Shown here piece after piece: positions 1 to 9,724 of a stretch of 64,000 nucleotides of DNA. The DNA lies in the IMG/VR virus record IMGVR_UViG_3300037042_004723, positions 64,001 to 128,000 of that record; one strand, 5' to 3'. The position numbers were made by a program, and so were the translations under genes. The notes under the pieces were generated by a model. That model saw only the letters and a list, made by a program, of their open reading frames with translations. It was not told the origin of the DNA and made no database searches. How positions within the stretch are numbered: the first letter of the stretch is position 1; every line of letters starts with the position of its first letter. Origin of the DNA: a virus.

Positions 1-82
1 TCTCCCGCGCTTCTGCGCGGAGGCGCTCGTTGCGCGAGAGGGTGGCGGTCGCGGGGGGGGTGGTCGCGGTGTTCTTGAGCAT
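1..82 (-). CDS. hypothetical protein, 5' part only (runs off window start)
   Basis: ATG at 82 gives MLKNTATTPPATATLSRNERLRAEARE; TTGACA lies 35 nt upstream (117-112). Confidence 0.4.
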   Translation of the reverse strand, partial: MLKNTATTPPATATLSRNERLRAEARE

Positions 83-109
83 TCATCAGTTGTAGCCTAT
101 CGAGAGCCC

Positions 110-141
110 ATTGTCAAGGTATCCTTTTCCATGCAATGCAG
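110..141. repeat. direct repeat copy 1 (CATTGTCAAGGTATC...CCATGCAATGCAG), promoter cassette
   Basis: near-identical to 833-863; contains minus-strand TTGACA. Confidence 0.8.
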
Positions 142-157
142 ATAGTTTGCACGGTCT

Positions 158-232
158 TTGACAATGCATTTGACAGACCGGAAAACTCTGTTTAGTCATT
201 AAGCATTAGCTTAAGTGGAGTTTTCCTGACCA
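158..232. repeat. duplicated hairpin element copy 1
   Basis: TTGACAATGCA...CAGACCGGAAAACTCT...GGAGTTTTCCTGACC; similar to 1086-1160. Confidence 0.7.
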
Positions 233-240
233 CCTTTGGC

Positions 241-267
241 AAAAAAGGCGCCCCGGTGAGGGGGCGC
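241..267 (-). terminator. intrinsic terminator downstream of the sigma-like gene
   Basis: minus strand GCGCCCC-CTCACC-GGGGCGC followed by C-TTTTTT. Confidence 0.75.
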
Positions 268-277
268 ACTCCTTTCT

Positions 278-808
278 TCAGGCTGCCATCGCAGCGGTGA
301 TCGTGGCGATCGATCGCTGTTTGGCACGAGTGACGCCAGCGTTTGACGTACGGCAGGCGATGGCTACGACCTTCGCCGGGGTACCGGCGAGCAGCATCTC
401 AAGCACGCGACGGTCGGACGCTTCGATAGACGCCATGGCAAGGGCCAGGCGCGCTTCATCGGCGCCGGACTTGCTCGGCATAGGGGCCGCAACGCTCTCG
501 ACGTTGCGAGCGTAGGACGTGAACCGTGGGGCTTCGAAACCGGTCTTGATCACGTTGATCGTGCAACGGGTCACGACCTTCCGGATGAAGCGGGCAAGGC
601 CCGTCATGCCCGAGCGGTTAAAGTCCCGCAGGGCCACGATGAGGCGGATCGTAGCGGTCGAGATCAGATCATCGATCATGCCCCACACCCGGGTGTCGCT
701 GTCCTCGATCACTCCCATCACGGCAAGCTCGATCAGGTTCGCGTGCTCCACGACAACGGTGTTGATCTCAGAGGCGGTTAGCTTGGGTTGGTTCGTCATC
801 TGTTCCAA
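278..808 (-). CDS. sigma-70/ECF-like RNA polymerase sigma factor (divergent)
   Basis: region-2-like DDLISTATIRLIVALRDFN...ARFIRKVV and region-4 HTH-like DRRVLEMLLAGTPAKVVAIACRTSNAGVTRAKQRSI. Confidence 0.55.
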   Translation of the reverse strand: MEQMTNQPKLTASEINTVVVEHANLIELAVMGVIEDSDTRVWGMIDDLISTATIRLIVALRDFNRSGMTGLARFIRKVVTRCTINVIKTGFEAPRFTSYARNVESVAAPMPSKSGADEARLALAMASIEASDRRVLEMLLAGTPAKVVAIACRTSNAGVTRAKQRSIATITAAMAA

Positions 809-832
809 CCACCCTACACCCGTTGGCCGTGC

Positions 833-863
833 ATTGTCAAGGTATCATTGCCATGCAATGCAG
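833..863. repeat. direct repeat copy 2, promoter cassette of the sigma-like gene
   Basis: matches 110-141; minus-strand TTGACA 840-835 with TAGGGT at 816-811. Confidence 0.8.
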
Positions 864-1085
864 TGCAGATCCCTGGCGAATGACGCTTGACAATCGCACT
901 GATACATGGTATCGTGGTCTGTTACGTCTAGATGCGTCACACGTCGATCAAGCTGCGAAGCATACCACGTATTCGATGAATTGTCAATCACGCAATGCAT
1001 CGAAGTTTCAGCGAAAGCGCCGGATAGCACCACGACCGAGCACGCATTGTCAAGCACAATCGACATGGAGATCTTGGCACAATCC

Positions 1086-1160
1086 TTGACAATGCACTGG
1101 TCAGACCGGAAAGCTCTATTTAACCATATGCACTGTGGCCATAAGGAGTTTTCTTGACCC
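1086..1160. repeat. duplicated hairpin element copy 2
   Basis: TTGACAATGCA...CAGACCGGAAAGCTCT...GGAGTTTTCTTGACC. Confidence 0.7.
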
Positions 1161-1500
1161 CTTGGGCAAGTGATTACAATGGCTTGGGCTGTCAGAACAA
1201 AAGCTCTCCGCGCCCTAGGCTTTTATAACCCTATAGAGCGTGCCGACCCATTTCCATATTCGTCCTATGAAAACAGCCAATATGGGTTATGAAGTGCATT
1301 GTCAATTGAACAATGCTGTCGGGACGCGCACTTGCGCATCTGTCCACTTGCGTTGATGTCCATCTCGTGGAACGCAAGTGGTATTGAGGGGTCCTGAGGT
1401 TGAGATCCACTTGCCGAGGTCATTGGGGGCCAATAGGTAAATCGAAAATTTGGGAGGTATTTTTTCACCTCCGGATTGACAGTTCTGATAATAGGTAACA

Positions 1501-2469
1501 ATGCACTGGTACGGACGTGAGCTGATCACCGAGGACGATCTATGTACAGCCGTTCACTCGATTCGCATTTTCCCGGAGGCTGAGCGATTCACGGCGGCTT
1601 GCCTGGAATCAGGCATCGACCTGCAGGCCATTCTCAAGCGGATATCCTCCTATTCAGGGCGCATGGAGATGCACAGGATCAGCGGACTCTTTGGGCCGTC
1701 CTTCCATTTGCGAGACCTCCTTATCGAGACCATTGGGCCGAAACAAATCACCCTCGTAGGTCGGCGCTATGGGGCGCTCAAGGTTGAACATGCCGTCCTG
1801 AACGCAGAGGGGCGTAGCGCATACGCCTGTCTATGTGACTGCGGTGAGCGGCCTGTCTTCACAGGCGACCATCTCAGATTCAAAAAGAGCTGCGGCCACC
1901 ACATACTCACAAACGGCAAGGGGCGCTCGAAAGACTCGAATCGGTACACGATGGTTTCCTGGAAAGGCCTATGGGACCGCACCACGAACCCGAATTCACA
2001 ACACTGGAAACACTACGGAGGCAGGGGAATCCGGGTATGCGAGCGTTGGCGCCGATTTGAAAATTTTTTCGCTGACATGGGTCCTAGGCCTCCGGGCACG
2101 TCTATTGATCGCTTTCCGGACAACGATGGGAATTACGAACCTGGGAATTGCCGGTGGGCCACGCCCAGGCAGCAGGCAAACAACAAGCGTTGGAATGGTC
2201 GACCCAAGGGATTCAAGGCTGCCAAGCCGTACAAGCTCAGCACCCATTGCAAGAACGGTCATGAGTTCATCGAAGGCTCGTTCAAGACCGTATTCAACAG
2301 GCAGAAAGGGAAGGAGCAGCGACAATGTATTGCTTGCGTTGAAGGCAGGAAGCCAAGGAACGCAATCAAAGCGAAAGCCTACAAGCTTCTCAACATGGAG
2401 AAACGCCGGGCATGGCAACGCGAATACGATCGCAAGCGGCGGCATAAGTCACCGCAACCACAGACTTGA
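1501..2469 (+). CDS. HNH homing endonuclease-like protein
   Basis: CLCDCG; [23 protein letters not shown]; [21 protein letters not shown]; C-terminal THCKNGH...CIAC. Confidence 0.85.
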   Translation: MHWYGRELITEDDLCTAVHSIRIFPEAERFTAACLESGIDLQAILKRISSYSGRMEMHRISGLFGPSFHLRDLLIETIGPKQITLVGRRYGALKVEHAVLNAEGRSAYACLCDCGERPVFTGDHLRFKKSCGHHILTNGKGRSKDSNRYTMVSWKGLWDRTTNPNSQHWKHYGGRGIRVCERWRRFENFFADMGPRPPGTSIDRFPDNDGNYEPGNCRWATPRQQANNKRWNGRPKGFKAAKPYKLSTHCKNGHEFIEGSFKTVFNRQKGKEQRQCIACVEGRKPRNAIKAKAYKLLNMEKRRAWQREYDRKRRHKSPQPQT

Positions 2470-2500
2470 CAATGGCGGTCTTTACCGGGAAGTTGGGCCC

Positions 2501-2707
2501 ATGTCGCAAGTACTGTTCTCGGTGATTGGCGGGTCCCTGGTGAACCTGGCGAAGGTGAACTCCATCGAGAATTCGACCTTGGACAAGGGGAAGGTCATCG
2601 TCTCCTTCGAGTGCGGCCAGAAGCTGGTGTTGGATGGAACCGTGGAGACGGTCATCCTGAAGATTGGCGGCTCCAGGGATGACTTGAGCGAGAAGAAGAG
2701 GGCCTAG
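2501..2707 (+). CDS. small hypothetical protein (leaderless)
   Basis: ATG 35 nt after TTGACA (2466); MSQVLFSVIGGSLVNLAKVNSIE. Confidence 0.6.
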   Translation: MSQVLFSVIGGSLVNLAKVNSIENSTLDKGKVIVSFECGQKLVLDGTVETVILKIGGSRDDLSEKKRA

Positions 2708-2844
2708 CGGTAGCGTCCTCTCCTCGTTCTTTCTGCCCGTAACCGATTACCTGTATGGGGGCGGCCTTGATGCCTCCCCCTATCGGGAGCGCCGAATTCG
2801 AAAGCCGTCTAGACAATCAGCGGTATAGGCGATACGGGTTAGGC

Positions 2845-3156
2845 ATGGACGAGCCCGTGTTGGTCAATAAATTGGCGTTGGAGGTCACGCCGTATGAGCA
2901 TGGCATCTGGTGCGCGATTGCGGACGGGCGGCCGTTCGTGAACACCATCGTCCTGCGGCGGTGGTCGGAGAACGGGGAGAAGATCCACTTCATGCTCGAT
3001 ACGCACAATTTCTTGATCATGGCGCCCGACGAGGAGATGGAGGTCGTCGAGAAGCCGGAGCCCTTCTACACCGCAGCCTTTCAGGCCGAACGCCTGGTAA
3101 AGGATGCCGAGAAGATGAGGACCCGGCCTGGAGGTGACCGATGGAGGGCGCCATGA
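2845..3156 (+). CDS. hypothetical protein
   Basis: ORF 2755-3156; start reassigned to the ATG 35 nt after TAGACA (2810). Confidence 0.6.
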   Translation: MDEPVLVNKLALEVTPYEHGIWCAIADGRPFVNTIVLRRWSENGEKIHFMLDTHNFLIMAPDEEMEVVEKPEPFYTAAFQAERLVKDAEKMRTRPGGDRWRAP

Positions 3157-3368
3157 TCACAAATGGAGCCTACGCCAAGCACCGACGTGATGCGCTCGCC
3201 GCCGAGGGCAACTGCATCAACGGCGGGCACCACCCGAAGCCGGCGCGAGGCACCAAGTGCGACTGGTGCCGGGTCGTCCACAGGATAGGCGTCAAGCAGG
3301 CCTTGGCGATGGCATCGGCGTCGCTGCTGGCGCCTCAGCCGCCTATCAGCAAGAGGATTTACCGATGA
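3153..3368 (+). CDS. small Cys/His-rich hypothetical protein
   Basis: ATGA overlap with the previous gene; CINGGHH...CDWC. Confidence 0.55.
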   Translation: MITNGAYAKHRRDALAAEGNCINGGHHPKPARGTKCDWCRVVHRIGVKQALAMASASLLAPQPPISKRIYR

Positions 3369-3819
3369 ACGAGAGCAGTTTCGTGACCTGATGGAGCGCC
3401 TCCGCGATGGGCGGAAGGTGGGCTACGAGCAGCCGTTGCTGGCTTCGCTGGCAGCGTGCGTGGCTTGAGCGGTTCCGATCAATAAAGGCGCAGGCTGTCA
3501 TGAACAAGACCTAGCCTACGTCGTCGCTTGGAGGCATCGCCGCCCCACATGTCAGGCTCAGCGGCTATCGTGCGCCTCATGTGGAGATCTCCGGTGACCG
3601 GCGTCAGGGCCTTGGAGTATAAGAACGGGCGATGATTAAAAACACGTGCCGGTGGTGCAAGTCCGCAGACTGCACCCCAGCTACGTCGCCGCATTGCTAT
3701 TGCCTGGATTGCGAGACGCCGCTGGAACCATGCCGGTGTCGTCCCGATTGTACGGGCTGCCGTCGCTGACAATCGGATTGCCACTGACTAATGAAAAATT
3801 GTCCACACCGTAGTCAGAG

Positions 3820-4317
3820 GTGGTCAAAAGTGAAAAATTTGCGGTTGACCAGAGAAAAGACACCTCGAAAATGAACCGACAGGACGAACGCGAATGGGTG
3901 GAGTTGAGCGTGGACGACGACGATGACGGTGACATGGACGCCGACGAGAACTTGGCGACGGAGATGCATCGTTACGTTCAGTTTCGGCTGAATAGCATGA
4001 TCCGGACCCCCGGCTCCTACGGCAAGACCAGGGAGGCGGTGATTCTGCAGTTGATGCTCATCGTCGAATTTGCGTTGCTCACGCATCCTCTCCATGAGGA
4101 CGAGCCGGATGCGTCCTTCGAGGAGTTGTTGGCGATGTTTCCTGATGCCAAGGTGAAACCGCAGCGCGTGCCTGCGCACGACTGGATTCGGGCGTGTGCT
4201 TCGGCGACGGGCGCGTACATCTCCATGAAGGTGCTGGCGGCGCAATTGGCGCATCGGGCGTCGTGTCCGCACTGCGGGCCGGAGTCCGAGGGTGAGGCCG
4301 AGAGCCTGAAGAACTAG
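3820..4317 (+). CDS. hypothetical protein, acidic N-terminus, C-terminal CPHC
   Basis: ORF track; coherent composition. Confidence 0.6.
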   Translation: MVKSEKFAVDQRKDTSKMNRQDEREWVELSVDDDDDGDMDADENLATEMHRYVQFRLNSMIRTPGSYGKTREAVILQLMLIVEFALLTHPLHEDEPDASFEELLAMFPDAKVKPQRVPAHDWIRACASATGAYISMKVLAAQLAHRASCPHCGPESEGEAESLKN

Positions 4318-4355
4318 GGGTCAGTTGCGCTGGCATCTATTGGGATGATAGTTGG

Positions 4356-4691
4356 GTGATGATCGAGCTGTACGGGACGGTCTGGACCGAGACCATGCTC
4401 CAAAACCTGATCGAGGATGTTGCCCGGCAGCGGACTCATCTCGACGACCTGCGCCTGAGGGTTACGCAGCAGGCAGCGGAGGTCGTGCGAATCAAGATCG
4501 AACTATCCGGCCGCAACGAGCGGGTCAAGCAGCTTACGGCCGAGACCCAGGCCCTCAGGCAATTGTCGGCCATCGATCGCAAGCGGGCCCAGGAAGCCGT
4601 CAGCAGCGAGCGGTCGTGGCATGGTCAGGCTGTGCAGTTTCGCTACGAACTGGAGGCGCTGAAAGAATCTCTGAAAAAATCAGCGCCCTGA
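4356..4691 (+). CDS. coiled-coil hypothetical protein
   Basis: ORF track; heptad-like LDDLRLRVTQQ...VKQLTAETQAL. Confidence 0.55.
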   Translation: MMIELYGTVWTETMLQNLIEDVARQRTHLDDLRLRVTQQAAEVVRIKIELSGRNERVKQLTAETQALRQLSAIDRKRAQEAVSSERSWHGQAVQFRYELEALKESLKKSAP

Positions 4692-4705
4692 GTTGTAGTA
4701 AGGGC

Positions 4706-4999
4706 ATGACCAAGGAAGACCTCGATAAGGCCAAGCGGAACGCCGAAAGCTGGCTGAACCGCTCGGACGAAGACAAGGCGTACCTGGGAGCCGCCATGCG
4801 CGAGGCGCAGGCCAACGAAATGGCCCAGACAATGCTCAAGCTGTTGGCGTACGTCCAGCAGCTGACCGAGGGGCTGTGCGACGTTGCCCGGGATGAGGTC
4901 GCCCGGTGCTGCGATGAGGCCCACGACATCGACAAAGATGCCGTTCGGCTCATCACGCGCCTCCTGGCGACCGTGGCTCAGGGTATTAAGAAGGTATGA
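4706..4999 (+). CDS. hypothetical protein
   Basis: ATG at 4706 within ORF 4352-4999. Confidence 0.55.
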   Translation: MTKEDLDKAKRNAESWLNRSDEDKAYLGAAMREAQANEMAQTMLKLLAYVQQLTEGLCDVARDEVARCCDEAHDIDKDAVRLITRLLATVAQGIKKV

Positions 5000-5166
5000 A
5001 TCGCTGCACCAGAGCCGCCTGCCGGGTCGAAATCGACGCTCGCCACACCGCCTACCATCGGGACACCAACGCGCCCTACTGCATCAAGTGCGCGCGGATG
5101 ATCAACGACGCCGCTGGCGAAAAAGTCGTGCCCTGGTCGGTTTTGCCGAAAAAGAAGCCGGCTTGA
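4996..5166 (+). CDS. small zinc-finger-like protein (not in ORF track)
   Basis: manual translation MNRCTRAACRVEID...YCIKCARMIN; ATGA overlap. Confidence 0.5.
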   Translation: MNRCTRAACRVEIDARHTAYHRDTNAPYCIKCARMINDAAGEKVVPWSVLPKKKPA

Positions 5167-5259
5167 ATTGTAGGTAGCGCATGAAGAAGACCATCAAAGA
5201 ATTTACGATTTCACGCCGCCCCCATGGGGCCTTGACGGCTTTCTATGGCCACAGCCTAG

Positions 5260-5670
5260 ATGGACACTTTGAACGAGACCACTGAGCGCGAGGACGTCGA
5301 CTTCTACAACCTCATCACGGCCGAGCGTGGCATGCCTGCGGGATGGCGGTGGTTCGAGCTGAAGTGTGTCGGTGAGCTGGCCGACGATGGTTCTGGCGTG
5401 CTTGTGACTGGCGCAGTTTGTACGGCGACGTTTTCTCGTGGGAAGCGTAAGGGCGAGACGAACTGGGCCAAGCGAGACTGGAGCACCCAGCGGGATCTGT
5501 TCATCTCGCGCAACGAATACGACAAGCGGCGCAAGCGGTGGCAGGCCGACACCGGCAAATGCGTCGAGTGTCTTGGCTCTGGCCAGCGATTTGCCAGCTC
5601 TAGCATCCACACAGGAACGACGTACAAGCCGTGCAGCAAATGCGGCGCTACGGGGAGGATTGCACCATGA
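5260..5670 (+). CDS. hypothetical protein with DnaJ-type CxxCxGxG zinc motifs
   Basis: CVECLGSG and CSKCGATG. Confidence 0.65.
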   Translation: MDTLNETTEREDVDFYNLITAERGMPAGWRWFELKCVGELADDGSGVLVTGAVCTATFSRGKRKGETNWAKRDWSTQRDLFISRNEYDKRRKRWQADTGKCVECLGSGQRFASSSIHTGTTYKPCSKCGATGRIAP

Positions 5671-5975
5671 GCGACAAGAAGGACGATCAGAACGAACCGC
5701 TGACGGAGGGTAGCTTCTCGGTCAATCTGGCGGAGTTGAGGCCGGTTGATCGGGTGTTTCCGGAGGCGCATCGCCCCGTGGCCATCGCAACAGGGAACTG
5801 CGTCGCTTCGCCGCTGGGCTGCGGCCGGAAGGTTCAGGGCTTCCTGGATGAAATTTCCGCCAAGGAATATCAGATCACCGGGCACTGCCAAAAATGCCAA
5901 GATCGCATCTACGCCGAGCTGGCCGAAGATGCGGAGGAGGCCATGTCTCAGGTTAGAACGCATCCTGTGGATTAA
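5667..5975 (+). CDS. small Cys-rich phage protein
   Basis: CVASPLGCG...SAKEYQITGHCQKCQDRIY. Confidence 0.6.
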   Translation: MSDKKDDQNEPLTEGSFSVNLAELRPVDRVFPEAHRPVAIATGNCVASPLGCGRKVQGFLDEISAKEYQITGHCQKCQDRIYAELAEDAEEAMSQVRTHPVD

Positions 5976-6081
5976 GGACGGAATTCTGTGAGTGAACTCT
6001 TGATGTCGTTAGCGACGAACATCGTCCCGGTGGTCGCCGTCGCGATCTTGGTCAAAATCAAGATGCGAGAGGCGCGTCGGT

Positions 6082-6582
6082 GTGCCTGCTACGACCCACG
6101 CATCGGTCGGCTGGGCGAAATCGCACGAGATGATTGAGGATTTGACTCCCGTCGAGCTGGCCTGCCAGCACATTCGTGGCGCCACCGACGAGGAGGATCC
6201 TCAGTGCAGGGTGTGCCATGGGGAAATTCATGTAACGCAGGGCAATGAGCCGACGGCGTTTTGTGACTCTTGTGCCTGGAAGGCGTTGGACGCGCTTGCC
6301 GATGAAATCGTTCGTCTCGATGACAAGTCCGACTTGCTGAACGCTCAGCGTAGGGCCCTCGTGGCTGAGCAAGCTCTTGCGGTTAGCGCCGATGAGATTC
6401 GTCACCTGAAGATGCTCATGACGTTCATCAGCGAGCACGCGATGACGGTTTCTCAGACGGCCCTGGGTCCGCTTAGTGAGATTCAGCGGACGATGCTCAG
6501 GGAGATCAAGCAGGCTGCTCGTGGCACTGCGCCCGACTGGTTCCTGGAGGATTGGGGCGAGCGAACCAAGGGCGAAGAATGA
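6082..6582 (+). CDS. hypothetical protein
   Basis: ORF track; CRVC...CDSC. Confidence 0.55.
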   Translation: MPATTHASVGWAKSHEMIEDLTPVELACQHIRGATDEEDPQCRVCHGEIHVTQGNEPTAFCDSCAWKALDALADEIVRLDDKSDLLNAQRRALVAEQALAVSADEIRHLKMLMTFISEHAMTVSQTALGPLSEIQRTMLREIKQAARGTAPDWFLEDWGERTKGEE

Positions 6583-6639
6583 ACAAGTAATTTGTTTATA
6601 TTTTGTGAAAATCCGAGTAATATCAGTTGTAGTTAAACC

Positions 6640-8700
6640 ATGAGCATCAGCGTTCAAAACGGTGTCTGGGTAGCCACATATCCATACGAGCAGCGTAACG
6701 TGCCGAAGGAGGCAGGCTTCTGGTGGCACGGCGGCGACTGCAAGGACAGCTGCATCGGCTGCAAGAACGGGCTCCGGCTCAAGGTCTGGTGGACGCCCAA
6801 GTCGGAGTGCGCCGCCCGCCTGTTGTCGCAGTGCGACCAGGAGGCGAAGGACCTGCTTGCCGGCCACATCAAGACCATCCAGGCGTCCCGGGCGACTGAT
6901 GCGGATATCGAGATTCCCTGCAACGAGGGCCTCGCTTATCTGCCTTACCAGAAGGGTGGAATTGCATATGCCGTGGCGCGAAAGAACACGCTCATTGGCG
7001 ACGAAATGGGCCTAGGTAAGAGTATCGAGGCCTTAGGCGTAATCAACGCCGTAAATGAAGTAAAGTCAGTGCTCCTGGTCTGCCCGGCGTCGTTGCGTCT
7101 CAATTGGAAGCGCGAGGCAACTAAGTGGCTGACTCGGCCGTTTGAGATCTTCGTTGTTGAGAAGATGAAGGATGTTATTCCAGAGACGGCAGCCTTCGTC
7201 ATCGTGAACTATGAGTTGGTCCGTGGGAGGCGTATTGATGACCCGAATGGAGCGATGGCGCCGAATGGGAATGTGCTGAAGATTGTTCAGTCTTCGCCCA
7301 TTCACGCCCAGCTCATGGCCCGTAACTGGGACGTGATGGTCGTGGACGAATGCCATCGCCTCAAGGACACCAAGGCCCTCCAGTCAATCGCCGTGCTTGG
7401 GTCGACGGGAAATAAAAAGAAGGGTGATCTGCCGGTCCACGGCCTCAAGGACCAGGCTGCGCGTAACGTCTTCCTGACCGGCACGCCGTTCCTGAATCGC
7501 CCCATCGAGCTGCAGCCAATCCTCGCGGCGCTTGCTCCGGCCGAGTTCGGCAACTTCTTTGCCTTCGCCAAGCGCTACGCCGCAGCGCATCAGGATGAGC
7601 GCGGGCACTGGGATTTCAGCGGGTCGTCAAATCTCGGAGAGCTTCAAGAACGCCTTAGATCGACGGTGCTCGTTAGACGCCTGAAGCGTGATGTTTTGCG
7701 CGAGCTTCCGCCCAAGCGCCGGCAGGTCATCGTCCTCCCCACGGATGGCGCTGCCAAGGCAGTGGCTGCTGAGGCGAAGGCCTGGGCAGCACACGAGGAG
7801 CGTCTGGCGACCCTCAGAGGCGATGCCGACTTCGCCCACGCCTCCGGCGACCCGAGCGCCTACAAAGCAGCCGTAGAGGCCCTGAAGGCAGCCTCGAATA
7901 TTGGATTCCAGGAGATCTCCCAAGAGCGTAAGAACGTCGCCGTCGCCAAGATTCCAAAAGTCATCGAGCACGTCGAGGACATGTACGAGCAAGGAATCGA
8001 GAAGCTGGTTTTATTTTGTCACCACCACGACGTCGCGAACGCTATCTCTGCGCATTTTGGGGCTGCTTGCGTCAAGCTGACCGGAGAGGTGACGTCGAAC
8101 AAGGAGCGCCAGGACGCGGTCGATCGATTCCAGAACGATCCAAGTATCAAGCTGTTCGTCGGCTCCATCGGAGCGGCCGGCGTCGGCCATACGCTGACGG
8201 CATCATCAACGGTCGTGTTTGCAGAGCTGGACTGGGTCCCGGCGAATGTGAGCCAGGCTGAAGACAGAACGCATCGACTCGGGCAAGCCAACAGCGTCCT
8301 CGTTCAGCATCTAGTGCTTGATGGTTCGCTCGATGCGCGGATGGCTGCGATCTTGGTCGAGAAGCAGGATATCGCAGACAAGGCGCTGGACAAGGACACG
8401 GAGATTGACGTACCGGCGCCTGCTGCCGTGGCCCGCCGTCCGCATGGATACCCCATCGCGACGGATATCAAGCGTGCGGCTGCCCACCAGGCGATGAAGA
8501 CGCTGGCCAGCATGTGTGACGGCGCAGTCGTTGAAGATGGCGCCGGATTTAACAAGACCGACACGTCCGTTGGACACAAGCTCGCTGCTGCGGTTGAGCT
8601 GACCGATGGGCAGGTCTGGCTCGCGGCTTCCTTCGCTCGTAAATATCGCCGCCAGCTCCCGGAGGCCACGTTGGTTGGTTGCGGTCTTGAGCCCTTCTAG
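6640..8700 (+). CDS. SNF2-family (SF2) helicase/ATPase
   Basis: IGDEMGLGKS (motif I), VVDECH (II), LTGTPFLN (III), QAEDRTHRLGQ (VI). Confidence 0.95.
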   Translation: MSISVQNGVWVATYPYEQRNVPKEAGFWWHGGDCKDSCIGCKNGLRLKVWWTPKSECAARLLSQCDQEAKDLLAGHIKTIQASRATDADIEIPCNEGLAYLPYQKGGIAYAVARKNTLIGDEMGLGKSIEALGVINAVNEVKSVLLVCPASLRLNWKREATKWLTRPFEIFVVEKMKDVIPETAAFVIVNYELVRGRRIDDPNGAMAPNGNVLKIVQSSPIHAQLMARNWDVMVVDECHRLKDTKALQSIAVLGSTGNKKKGDLPVHGLKDQAARNVFLTGTPFLNRPIELQPILAALAPAEFGNFFAFAKRYAAAHQDERGHWDFSGSSNLGELQERLRSTVLVRRLKRDVLRELPPKRRQVIVLPTDGAAKAVAAEAKAWAAHEERLATLRGDADFAHASGDPSAYKAAVEALKAASNIGFQEISQERKNVAVAKIPKVIEHVEDMYEQGIEKLVLFCHHHDVANAISAHFGAACVKLTGEVTSNKERQDAVDRFQNDPSIKLFVGSIGAAGVGHTLTASSTVVFAELDWVPANVSQAEDRTHRLGQANSVLVQHLVLDGSLDARMAAILVEKQDIADKALDKDTEIDVPAPAAVARRPHGYPIATDIKRAAAHQAMKTLASMCDGAVVEDGAGFNKTDTSVGHKLAAAVELTDGQVWLAASFARKYRRQLPEATLVGCGLEPF

Positions 8701-8742
8701 CACCTAGACAATCGACGATACGGGTGAGAAGGTCTGCGGCGA

Positions 8743-8973
8743 ATGTCAGCGCTCATCGAAGGACTGCTTGCCCAAGCGGTCGATAAGTCGGACGAGGATT
8801 CCATCTTGGTGCGAGCGGCAGATCTAAGACTGGTGTGCCAGCAGGCGACCGCACGGGCGCAGATGATTGCTATCTACGAGGAGCTGCTTGCGCATGCAGC
8901 TGAGGCGATCACTACCGGCAAGCCGAACCTTGATTTGGCCAACGTTATCCTGCGCGCAATCGCCGCGAGGTAA
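8743..8973 (+). CDS. hypothetical protein
   Basis: ORF track; TAGACA/GAAGGT promoter-like pair upstream. Confidence 0.55.
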   Translation: MSALIEGLLAQAVDKSDEDSILVRAADLRLVCQQATARAQMIAIYEELLAHAAEAITTGKPNLDLANVILRAIAAR

Positions 8974-8976
8974 TCC

Positions 8977-9423
8977 ATGATTTACGAAATCGCAAACCCA
9001 TCAGATGCCTGCACCATCGAAGCCGACGACAGCGTCCTGGCAGCCATCGCCGTTCTTATCCTGAGCAATGGCGCCTATGGCCTGTACGATGAGGATGGGC
9101 GCACGGTCCTTCCGATCTTTGCCTTCTCAGGCCCGGAGAGGCTCATCGAGTGGCTCAAGGACCACGGCATCGAAGACGGCAAGATCGACGAGTTCTACGC
9201 CAAGAACGGCGACGAAATGGCGAAGATCCTGGAGTCTGTCGCCTACGGTAAAATCGACGACCGTAAGGGCATTACGGCGTTGACCGACAAGATGTCCGCC
9301 GCCGATCGACTTGAGGCCCTTTCCAAGTGGAACGAATCCAGGCGGTCATCAGTGACGGACATCAGCGCGGCTTGCCTTGGGTTAGCCAAGGTTTTTCGCG
9401 AGAAGGCTACCGGCAATGGGTAG
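8977..9423 (+). CDS. hypothetical protein
   Basis: ORF track; MIYEIANPSDACTIEA. Confidence 0.65.
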   Translation: MIYEIANPSDACTIEADDSVLAAIAVLILSNGAYGLYDEDGRTVLPIFAFSGPERLIEWLKDHGIEDGKIDEFYAKNGDEMAKILESVAYGKIDDRKGITALTDKMSAADRLEALSKWNESRRSSVTDISAACLGLAKVFREKATGNG

Positions 9424-9724
9424 GTCGATGACGTTCGACGATCTCATGGGGCTGGCAAGCATCGCCGTTTCCCCTCATGCCGTGGGCACCATTTTGAGGA
9501 CGGACCGTGAGGTCTGCGAGATGATGTCCAAGGCGTTGCTGAACCTGTTCGGCGAGGCTCAGCCGTGTGGCTGGCCGGAACCACTCATTGCCGATGATGG
9601 CGAGGGTGCCGCCGTTGACATCGGGATAGGGGATCCAATTTCAACTGGAGAGCTTCGCGCGCTCTGCGCAATATGGATGCGCGCATGCGACGAGGCGGAG
9701 GCCAAGGAACATGCCGGAGACTAA
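9416..9724 (+). CDS. hypothetical protein
   Basis: ORF track; operon packing. Confidence 0.55.
   Translation: MGRSMTFDDLMGLASIAVSPHAVGTILRTDREVCEMMSKALLNLFGEAQPCGWPEPLIADDGEGAAVDIGIGDPISTGELRALCAIWMRACDEAEAKEHAGD

Noticed and set aside
3630-3690. Hairpin GGTGC-A-AGTC-CGCA-GACT-GCACC as a tRNA or ncRNA
   Set aside because: It is a single short hairpin with no other cloverleaf arms, so there is not enough evidence.
6058-6867. Long antisense and alternative-frame ORFs in the track (e.g. 6058-6867, 1835-2707, 49881-50573, 51205-52089)
   Set aside because: They are shadows of well-supported genes in GC-rich DNA, with no motifs or translation signals.
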